Below, piece after piece: positions 53,846 to 64,000 of a stretch of DNA of 64,000 nt. Source of the DNA: Octopus vulgaris (taxonomy: Eukaryota); assembly GCA_951406725.2 (NCBI GenBank), contig OX597820.1, positions 105,214,001-105,278,000 on the forward strand. Reading direction: 5' to 3'. The notes below the pieces were generated by a model. It saw nothing but the letters and a program-made list of their open reading frames with translations. It ran no database searches and was not told the origin of the DNA. The position numbers were made by a program, and so were the translations under genes. The stretch's first letter is position 1, and every line of letters begins with the position of its first letter.

Positions 53846-54056
53846 TTAACTCTTTTGATACCAACCCACCAGGGACCACCTCCAGACCTATAATATAAAT
53901 TCCTTGTTTAAAGAGTGTGATCTAAACTTCCATTTAGATTTGTTTTAAACATCAGCATAATAATGACTGTTATTTTAATAAATTGTTAATTATTTTCATG
54001 ATTAATTGATACAAAGGCAGTGCATTTCAACAGAAATATGGTAACAAAAGGGTTTA
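53846..54056. mobile_element. Second TTAA-flanked MITE family (copies near 7460, 8995, 37056, 54250, 55620, 57559, 60350)
   Basis: TTAACTCTTTTGATACCAAC...GGTAACAAAAGGGTTTAA with shared AAAGTGATCTAAA and ATTATTTTCAAAATTAA blocks. Confidence 0.7.
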
Positions 54057-57000
54057 AGTGTTTTGGGAAGAAATATGTATTAACAGCATCAGAACATGAA
54101 TTCCTGACTATCATTTTAGGGTTTCATCAATGAAAAAGTCTTTCTTTGGGAAGTAAGAAGTTTTTAATCCCAAAAGCATTACTGATGGCTGATTAGTCGA
54201 GTTATTATCCTGATTATGTCGTTGCACATTCTTCTTGCCAAAACAGTTCAACTCTTTTCTTATAGTGTTCCTGTTAAAATACACTGCCTTTGTTTTGGCT
54301 AATTTTGAAAGTAATTAACAATTTATCAAAATAACTTTATCGTTTATTTATGCTGGTATTTGGAACATAACATGAAATTGTGATGTATGATTTAATTTAG
54401 TTCACTTTAGAATAGTAAATGTGTATCATAGGACCTGAGGTGGCTCGAGACACACTGGCATCAAAGGAGTTAAATAAACATCACTTTAACCCTTTAGTGT
54501 TCAGATTTTTTTTTTTTTTTGGTCAAATGTATTCATATTGCTTTCAATTAATCATACATTATTTTGTAGCTTAAGGATTTCAATGTTGACATTGTAGGGT
54601 AGGTGTGAGAGGTTGGATCTGGTCAGTTTTAACATAAAACAGGTAGAATATTTGGGTCAGATGTGGTCAGATTAAATGCGAAAGAGTTAAGTGATTGGCT
54701 TGCTTCAAGAAACTATTATCACATGAACTATCAAAAAAAAAACTTTGGTGTAGATGTTAATTGTGACAATGGAAACTTACTCAACAAACTCCCCACTATC
54801 TCTAGAAATCTACCAGAACAATTATCAGGCCAATGACCACTACATCTCTTGTTTTATGACAACCTGTAGTGTTGACTCACTAACCTCTGCTTCACTAAAA
54901 ACATCCACTCAATACATGTCATTCCCCAACCCTTCCCAGCTTATTACTACTTTCACTAATTGCTATATTCAACCTTTCTGCAGACCTGTACCCTTTTGAA
55001 TTCCTGCCCCTCCCCTGGACAACCAGTCTGCAGCATTAATCGAACTAACCTAAGTTATACCTCTCCCTTAGCTTAGAAAAGTCTAAAAATGCTTCCTCAA
55101 ATAAAAAATAATTCTTTTCTTGCATATCTAGAATCTAGATAAGTCAAATTCAGTTGGACTATTTACAATTTATGTGCTGCATAATTATTTGGAAAAAGAC
55201 AAATATTTTATTCCATAGTCAGATTTACTTTCAGAACTAGTATTCAATCAGATTTAAATCTGAACACAACCTATGTTTCCTACAGCTCCCAGGATACAGT
55301 AGACAGAAGTAAATAACTCTTGAAGTGATGCTATTAGTCTGTCCAATAGCTATGGAACTGATTCCTAACAGTTAAGAAAAATTAAGTTAGTCAATTGGTC
55401 AGAGATAAAAAGAAATGCTGACAAGAGGTTTGAACACTAGACCCAAAATTTAAACAGGCCAACATTTTTTTTTTTTTTTTTACATTCAGCCATGACACCT
55501 CTCACAGCTACTTAATTCTATAATCTGTGTCATGGTCCAAATTTTCCAGCAGAAAACTGGACATTTGTCCACTATTAATACAATTTTCACACAACTAGTG
55601 TTATATTTTTTCTCTCCATTTTGTCTTTTGATACTAACGCACCTGCAACTGTCCTAGTTCTATGATACAAACTTCTTGTTTTAAAGTGATCTATGTCAAA
55701 ACCTTCCAGCAAAATTTTGTGCTAATTTATGCTCCAAACACCAGCTTAATAATGACAAACTTATTTTATTAAACTCTTTATTTATTTCAAAATCAATAGA
55801 AAAAAAGTCAGTTTATTTCAACAGAAATTTGGTAATAAAAAGGTTTTCTTTTTTAAGATCAATTTCCTGTACAAATTTTGGTTAAATGTTTCAAAAGTTT
55901 TGTAATGCTAATTTTAATATTTTCTTAAATTTACAAACTCAATGTTGATTAACTTTTTCAACTACCGAGTCAATTATGAAATGGGAGTGAAACATTTTTC
56001 AGAGTTATAGGGGCTTGCCTTGCAAATTATGAGGCAATGCTCATTAAGGTACTGGTACTAGTTATGACTGCCTTGTAACTTGTAAGATTAAGGGCTTAAA
56101 GTGGCCCCTATAACTGAGGGAAGATAGATCACCCACTCTCTCTTCAATTCTTTCTAAGTATAGAGGCCAATTTGCAAGATATGAAGCAATCTTCTCTAGT
56201 GCTGGTGCCACAAAAGCAGTACTCAATACACACAGTAACGAGGTTGGTATTAGGAAGGGTATCCAGCTGTAGAAACTATTTCAAAGTAGACATCTGAGGT
56301 TTTATGTAGTCCTCTGATTCAGCAGATCCTGTCAAGCAGTTCATCTCAAACCAATATGGAAGTCAAACATTAATGATGACAAGGAGGAAGAGGATTAGAT
56401 TAAACTAAACTAAAGTGAGATGGACTGACAAATTCATTATGCACCAACCAAACTGCCTTGCTGAATTATAGTTTTTATGCTCCAAGTACAAGTCTTTTCA
56501 AATCAACTTTGATCTTCATCTTTCCAAGGCTGATAATATAAAGTACCAGTCAAATTTCAGCACTGCATCCTAGACATCAATGAATTTAGAATCTAGAAAA
56601 CTAAGAGTAATACCTACAATAAACACTTGATAATATAACTAAGAGAATATACCACAGAGGAATGTTATGTATATTAAAACAATTACAGTAGGACTAAACA
56701 TGAGATAATTGAAGATTTCCAATCATATCTAACATGTACAAGACCAGTCATAATTGTATTTAGTAGACAGAATGCTCCTTTGGAGTATTTTCCATCAACC
56801 ATAGTGTTGATATTCATAATCAGTGTCACTACATTACACCCCCACTTCTCTCTACCCACAGAGATATATTGATCAATGTCCTACCAACCGAATACAATAA
56901 TTCACTGAGGAGGTTTAATAAAACCAAAAACTGACATTAACCCTTTTGATTATCAACATGCCTGCATCTGCCTACTAACCCATCTGTTTCAATGTCTTTA

Positions 57001-59139
57001 TATTTTACATTTTTGCCCAGCTCTGGCCTCCCCCATCCACCCATATATAATACAAAGTAGCCATGAATCTCTTCCACAAACAGTATACCTGTTCCAGATC
57101 TTTGCATCTTAATTTCTCAACATCTTATCATCCACCCTATCTCCTATCCTCCCTTTTAGTAGAGGAGGATCTTCGGTCTTTCAAGTTACAAGCTGAACTC
57201 ATTAGAGTGGATACAACCAAAAAAAGACCCAGGACCAGTGTAACAACTTTAAAATGGTTGGTATCAGAAAGGGCATCCAGCTGTAGAAATCATGCCAAAA
57301 GTGTGACATTGGAGCAAGATGTCGTCCTCTGATCTGTTAGATATTATAAAAATGTCTAACCTATACTATAAAGGAATGCAGACGTACACATACTTTTTAA
57401 CTTATATTTGAAACACAAGCTTAATAATAACAAAATTAGTTATTTTACTAAACAAAAAAGGAATTAGCTATTTTATTAGATATACCCCCAAAAATCTTTA
57501 TTTTCAAACTTTATGGGAACAGATGGATAGCACAATTTCATTACATGTTTAAATAATGTTTAACCCTTTTGAAACCAATCTGCCTGATACCTTGATACAA
57601 AAAACTTTCTGTTTTAAAGTGATCTAAATTAAAAATGTCCATCAAAATTCTATGTTAAATTGTGTTCTAAATATTAGCTTGATAGTGACAGCTATTTCAC
57701 TAAATTCATTATTTTCAAAATTAACTGAAAGCAGCATATTTTATCAGAAATATGGTAACAAAGGGATTAATAAAAACTAAACAGTTTATTTCATTGGGTA
57801 ACAAAATGGTTAAAGATAAACCTATTCCACTTTACTTTATCGTCTATAAATTTAGGTCAACTAATCATATTGGAGTTATCTCCCTTCCTAATAGTTTTTA
57901 GATTATACCCCACCTCCTACACGTTCTTCACTAAATTGCTTGAATAATAAAGTTTTGTAGCTCACTGTATCATATATCTGAGACCCAATAATGAACATGT
58001 GACTTTTAAACAAATAGCCCAGAACTTCAATCTTCCAATAAACACAGAATATGAAAATATATCACATCCTTAATAATAAATTCTTTCATAAAACGTGATT
58101 TGAAAGTACTATAAAAGACCCCACACCCCCACCCAACACACACAGAGGAGCCAGCAAACAAGTGTGGTTGGGTAACATGTATCAGCTTTCGGTGAATTGT
58201 TTCAAGTGCCTACTAAACTGCAGCAAAGACAACTTTTGACTGACTCTCCCACTGTTTGGCCTAGCAACACATCCAGGATATGGCAACTGGAAGGAAGGGG
58301 AGGTGTACCAATATTCAGCTAGTACTAATTTCCAGCGGAGTAGACTAGAACAACGTGAAATGAAGGCCTTTGCTCAAGGACACATGCCACCCAGACCGGG
58401 AACTGAACCCAAGATATTATGATAATGAACCAAACACCCCTAACCACTAGGCCATATGCTTTCCACACACACACACACACACAAATATATATTGTATACC
58501 TCATGAGCCATAACACCTTTCTTACTTTGGATAAGAGTGCATGATTTAGGTTTGTTTTTTTTTTGTTTCCTGACACAATCAAGTTGTGCTTTGTTGTAAA
58601 TTTGACCATCTTTTCCCATGATGACATTCAGACCATTAAGGAAGTGACAATACTATCAGTGGTAACATATATGTAACAGATTATCCCCATCAAGAATGTC
58701 ACATCTGTCAATGTGCATTATGGTATCTAAAAGCTAAAGTTGTAGAGGTTATTTGTTGTTACATGAGACAACGGAGTGTTTCTGTGCTCTGAGCGTCAAC
58801 TGAGCTCCCATACAAATATTTGTTTTATAATACACACACAATCATCATCAACATTTAACCTCTATTTTCCATGCTGGTATGGGTTGGAGAGCTTGACAGG
58901 AGCTGACAAGGTCAGATGCTGCACCAGGTTCCATTTTCTGATTTGGCTTGGTTTCTACAGCTGGATGCCCTTCCTAATGCCAGCTACTTTACAGATTGTA
59001 CTGGATGCTTTCTACAGGGCACCAGCACTAACATCAATGCTTTTTATGTGGTACCTTGGTTTTAGGTTCTCAATTCTGTTGTGGTGAGCAGATCTTGAGT
59101 ACAGCAATGTGCCACATATCTCAGTCCTCTGTCTGGTTA

Positions 59140-59218
59140 GGAGGTTGTTGTGTCCTAGCATATGTGCTGCTTCTTTTACTAAAAGAAGCAGCACATATGC
59201 TAGGACACAACAACCTCC
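59140..59218. repeat. Perfect 39-bp inverted repeat with 1-nt spacer
   Basis: GGAGGTTGTTGTGTCCTAGCATATGTGCTGCTTCTTTTA-C-TAAAAGAAGCAGCACATATGCTAGGACACAACAACCTCC. Confidence 0.97.
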
Positions 59219-59324
59219 AAACATACCAAATGCAGATATGAGTAGCATATGGGAACCGATATTAAGGATAGATAGGAAAATATTAGGTTTACAAGCCCTA
59301 AAATTCACTCCATAATTGCCCACA

Positions 59325-59558
59325 GGCATATGGCATAGTTGTTAAGAGCATGAGCTACTAACCCCAAGATTCCGAGTTCGATTCCAGGCAGTGACCTTAA
59401 TAATAATAATAATAATAACATCGAAAAATATCTAAGGAATGAGAACCCAGGTTTGAAATTTCCCCAAGACACCTGATGAAGGCTGGAGGGTATATCAGCT
59501 GAAATGTGTTAACAAACAAGATGAGAAATATCCGTCAAATGTAAATAATGTAAATAAT
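59325..59558 (+). mobile_element. tRNA-headed SINE-like element with hammerhead-like 3' module
   Basis: A-box TGGCATAGTTG, B-box GAGTTCGATTCC, (TAA)n linker, GACAC CTGATGA A GGCTG..CAGCT GAAA T GTGTT, tail (AATGTAAAT)2. Confidence 0.65.
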
Positions 59559-60063
59559 ATATATTCATCATCATAATTTTAATGTTCCTTTTCTATGCTT
59601 GCATGGGCTGGAGGACAGGGTTTGAGATAGATTTTCCACAGCCACACACCCTTCCCATTGCCAACACTCACCTATTTCCAAGCAAAGTAATACTTCTTAT
59701 AGCCAGACATGTTTTTACAAAATATTGGGAATTGATGACACTGCTTGTATGACAGTTACCTACTTACAGCTATTGTATGATATCAAGACAAGACACAAAC
59801 ATACATACATTTGTGGGCTTCTTTCAGTTTCCACCTATCAAATATACTTAAGTTTGAGACTATAGTAGAAGGCACTTGCCCAAGGTGACACAGAGTGGAA
59901 CTAACCCTGAAACCATTTAGTTGAGAAATTCACATCTTAAATACAAACACTCCTATACACACACAGATAAAAAAAGATAAAAAATAGATAGATAAATGGA
60001 TGGTGGGATAGACAATTTCTATGACACAAGCAAGACTAAGTGGATGTGTATAAGTCCACCTAC

Positions 60064-60231
60064 CTTTAGTACCTTTCTCTTCTTCAACTGCTGTATGTGG
60101 ATTACTAGGCATGTCAACTTCTCCAGGCATTGTTATTCCAGGAATCTGTGCCATATTTGGAGGAGGGCTTTTAGCCAATGGAGAATTACGGCATTGCAGT
60201 AAAAATGCTCGGTCATAAAATATTCTAGTAC
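60064..60231 (-). CDS. EIF4EBP: 4E-BP internal exon (eIF4E-binding protein), 168 nt, phase 1-1
   Basis: (G)[33 protein letters not shown]: YXXXXL-phi eIF4E-binding motif, SP sites, IPGIT motif; CCCCTAG acceptor, G|GTAGGT donor. Confidence 0.93.
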
Positions 60232-60639
60232 CTAGGGGATAAAAAATAGTTAACAATATAAATTGTGTGTCACAGAATGTTTAATGTCAAATTATAATAG
60301 TCAGTCTGATTAGATACCAGCATGCAAATTCAGGTACATACTTCATAATTTTCTTACCACTTTTTTTTATACCAATCTGCTTAAGATGCTTTTAGTTCTG
60401 CAATATAAATTTTTTGCCTTAAAGTGATCTAAATTAAAACCTACCATCAAAATTTCACATTAATTTATGTTCCAAACATCAGTTTAATAATGACTAAATT
60501 ATTTACCAAATTCTTCATAATTTTCAAAATTTACTGAAGCAAAGGCAGTGTATTTCAACAAAAATATGATAACAAGAGGGTTTTAAAGTTGTGAATAAGC
60601 AAGCTACTTAACATTTAACAAGAACTTTTCAACACAAAA

Positions 60640-61520
60640 AAAAGGTCCTTCATCTACCTCATATCACTTTCACAATTCCTAATTTTTATGCCACATTTCA
60701 GCATATTACCTTATGAGCCAATAACTACTTTTCTATGCTTGATAGGCATAATTTATTGAGAAAGTTTCATATCCCATCAAACAGATAACACATGTGGGTG
60801 AAGACCTTTAGCCTGAGGTACCAGTGTTTCTCTTTTCCCTAAACACTGTCTTCAGCGCTTGACATTTTTATAGAGAACCCATTTCTTATCACCAGTCACT
60901 ATTTGGTCCAAAAGAGATTCATTCATGAGATGTGACAAAAAAGAGCACACATTCACTCTCTGTGCATGATTAAACTCAGAAAGTTTGTGACAAACCCATT
61001 GACCCAATTTTCTAACTTTTCCAATGACACGCAGGTGTCAATGAATGGTTGAATGACCAAATCCAAGTTTCTCTGATAGTTCCTCAACAGTTACAATGGG
61101 ATTTTGTTCCACAAAGGTTTGTGGGACAAGTTCTACAGATCTTCCAGGATGAGGCTCGTCTTCTAGGCTGTAGTTTCCAGCACAGAATTTCTGGAACCAC
61201 TGCTGACACTGGCTTATGCTTATTGTCCGATCCCCATATACTACATTAATACTCCTCGCACTTTCCATTGCATTGTTGTCCTTATTGAACTCATAAATCA
61301 AAATATGTTGAATATGCTCCTTTGTCACTTCCATTATACCTTTGAAAAAATAACTGTTAAAATCAAACTACACTCTTCAAAACTTTCACTAAAAATAAGT
61401 ACACAATAAAATTACCACCTGCTTTTATACCAAGTTGATGCAGCCAGTTTATTCCATCCCCACTCCAACTTTTAGTTCATGCAATTGAAAAAACTGCATT
61501 ATTTATGGGATGACCCAATA
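60640..61520 (-). mobile_element. Mariner element relic with 5' TIR
   Basis: ORF 61038-61334 (HILIYEF..NAMESARSIN.VYG..CQQWFQKF..LEDEPHPGR), KLGQWVCHKL, IVTGDKKWVLYKN; TIR-like TATTGGGTCATCCCATAAATAA. Confidence 0.85.
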
Positions 61521-61829
61521 ATTACTATAGTTTAATGGGTACCATACAAAATACATCACACTATCATTTCTTATATAAGCACATCTATTTATTACATGGT
61601 ATTATTTGCCAGTACAGAATGCTTCACCAAACTACAATTCATAGATGTAAACAGCTATTAAGTAGTGTAACCGGTTTTGCCAGATAAGAGATGAAAAGTA
61701 ACAACTCCTATGTTTTGATACCAATCTACCTGAGCTTGCCACCTTCCATCAAATTTCAGATTAGTTTACATTCCATACATTAGTGTATTAACAACAAAAA
61801 TATTTCATTAAATTCATTATTTTAGAAAT

Positions 61830-64000
61830 GCACACGATGTAGAAGACAACTGGAGGTTTCTACGGGACAACCTGCTGAGGGCCACTGACCAGATCTGTGG
61901 ATGATGCAAGGTCCCCTCTCGACCCAAAATAATGTGGTGGTGGAACAATGTTGTTGACAGGGCTATTAGAGAAAAGAAACAAGCTTGAAAGAATTGGAAG
62001 AACGGTGGTAGCAGGGAATTGTATCAGACTGCCAGAAGAGAAACTAGGAGACAGGTTTATTTAGCCAGAGGGGAAGCAGATAAGAAAAAAATTGCCAATG
62101 TTCTGTGCCATGAGGACCAAAGACTTGAGGTATTTCATGTTGCAAGACATTGTGTGAGAGAGAATCATGATGTTGTTGGAGAGAAATGTGTCCGCATGGA
62201 TGATGGTTCACTTGCACTAAACAAGGCTGCAAAGAGAGAGGTTTCAAGACACCACTATGAAAGGTTACTCAATAAAGAAATGAATGGGAGAAAGAGAGTC
62301 TGCAAAATGTCAACCCAACAGAGGGACCAGCTATCCAAGTTGACAGTACCTTGGTAGATAAAGAAATTAAGAGTATGAAGACAGGGAAAGACCTCAGCCC
62401 ATCAAGAATCACTGCAGAGATGCTCAAAATATCTGGCAGTGTCGGCTACAGCCTAGTCACCTGTATAATAAACCAGGTGATACACAAAGGAGTCATATCC
62501 AATGACTGGAGTAGCAGCACTATAGTCAACTGCTACAAAGGTAAAGGTGATGCTTTAGATACAAATAATTACAGAGGTATCAAGCTGTTGGATCAGGTAA
62601 TGAAGGTCACAGAGAGGGTCATAACCCAACTAATTAAGGAGAAAGTCAGTTTAGATGAGATGCAGTTTGGGTTCATGCCAGGGAAAAGCACCACTGATGC
62701 CATATTTCTGGTAAGACAGCTGCAGTCGAAATACCTAGCTAAAGATAAACTCTGTACTTGGCTTTTGTTGACATGGAGAAATCCTTTGACAGGGTCCCCC
62801 AATCCCTTATCTGGTGGTCAATGAGGAAACTAGGAATAGATGAATGGTTAGTGAGGGCTGTGTAAGCAATATGCAGGGACGCTGTCATTAAGGTAAGGAT
62901 TGGCAACGAGTACAGTGAAGAATTCTGGGTAGAGGTAGGGGTCCACCAAGGTTCAGTCCTCAGCCTCTTCCTATTTTATCATAGTCCTCCAGGCAATAAC
63001 AGAGGAATTCAAGACAGGATGCCCCTAGGAGCTCCTCTATGCTGACAACCTTGCTCTAATTGCTGAGTCACTATCAGAACTAGAGGAGAAGTTTCAGGTG
63101 TGGAAACAAGGATTGGAATCGAAGGGCCTCAGAATCAACCTAGCTAAAATCAAAGTCCTAATAAGTAGGAAGGCAGGCAAACCACAAATCCCTTCAGGTA
63201 GATGGCCCTGCTCAATCTGTAGTAGAGGCATAGGTAGAAACTCTATAAGATGTACCCAGTGTAAGCTATGGACACATAAGAAGTGCAGCAATATCAAAGG
63301 AAAGCTAACTGGGAAGATAGTTTTTGTATGTGGCAAATGCTCAGGAGCAATAAACACTGAAAATGAGCAGAGAACAACTTCCGCCACATTCCAGGGAGGA
63401 AAACTAGAAGTAGTTGATAACTTCCATTACCTAGGTGACCAAATCAGTAGCGGGGGAGGGTGCGATGAAAGTGTAGCTGCTAGAATAAGAATAGCCTGGT
63501 CAAAGTTCAGAGAGCTCTTACATCTGTTGGTGACAAAGGGCCATGCTACATGGCAGTGAAACATGGGCCGTGACTGCTGAGGACATGTGTAAGCTCACAA
63601 GGAATGAAGCCAGTATGCTCCGATGGATGTGTAATGTCAGTGTGCATATTCGACAGGGTTTAAGTACCTTGAGAGAAAAGTTGGACCTAAGAAGCATCAG
63701 ATGTAGTGTGCAAGAGAGACGACTGCGCTGGTATGGTCATGTGGCGAGAATGAATGAGGATAGCTGTGTGAAAAAGTGCTACACCCTAGCAGTTGAGGGA
63801 ACTTGTGGAAGAGGTAGACCCAGGAAGACCTGGGATGAAGTGGTGAAGCAAGACCTTCGAACATTAGGCCTCACTGAGGCAATGACTAGTGACCAAGACC
63901 TTTCGAAATATGCTGTGCTTGAGAAGACCCGACAAGCCAAGTGAGACCATAACTTCGTGGCCTATGCCAGGGGTGTAACCAGCCCACTTATGCATACCTT
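61830..64000 (+). mobile_element. RTE-clade LINE ORF2, 5'-truncated, multiple stops/frameshifts
   Basis: YKGKGDALDTNNYRGIKLL, QFGFMPGKSTTDAIF, GVHQGSVLS, LLYADNL, FHYLG, MLHGSETW, RRLRWYGHV, RGRPRKTW. Confidence 0.92.

Noticed and set aside
59325-59397. Functional tRNA gene
   Set aside because: Acceptor and anticodon stems pair poorly and no oligo-T terminator follows; behaves as a SINE head

Overview
AT-rich, microsatellite- and transposon-dense animal DNA. The SINE families, RTE/CR1/Dong LINE mix and intronless TGEKP-linked C2H2 array suggest a coleoid cephalopod, probably octopus (inference). Two host genes converge tail-to-tail: a 21-finger C2H2 zinc-finger gene (+, 33079-34980) and the last two coding exons of an eIF4E-binding protein (4E-BP; -, 60064-60231 and 52962-52999; exon 1 not found in the window), which may have a ~10 kb 3' UTR. 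The rest is decayed LINEs (R4/Dong, CR1, RTE), a Penelope GIY-YIG remnant, mariner relics, a Helitron, Merlin- and piggyBac-type MITEs and many tRNA-derived SINEs. Most prokaryote-style ORFs in the track are microsatellite or antisense artefacts. The most interesting signals are three unrelated small repeat families carrying minimal hammerhead-ribozyme folds: (i) three copies with a swapped G3:C8 core (GUGAACA); (ii) a tRNA-headed SINE fused to a hammerhead; (iii) a 557-bp-period unit fused to a ~1 kb nested palindrome that captured 25 nt from 2.4 kb away. TE boundaries are approximate unless TSD/termini are quoted.
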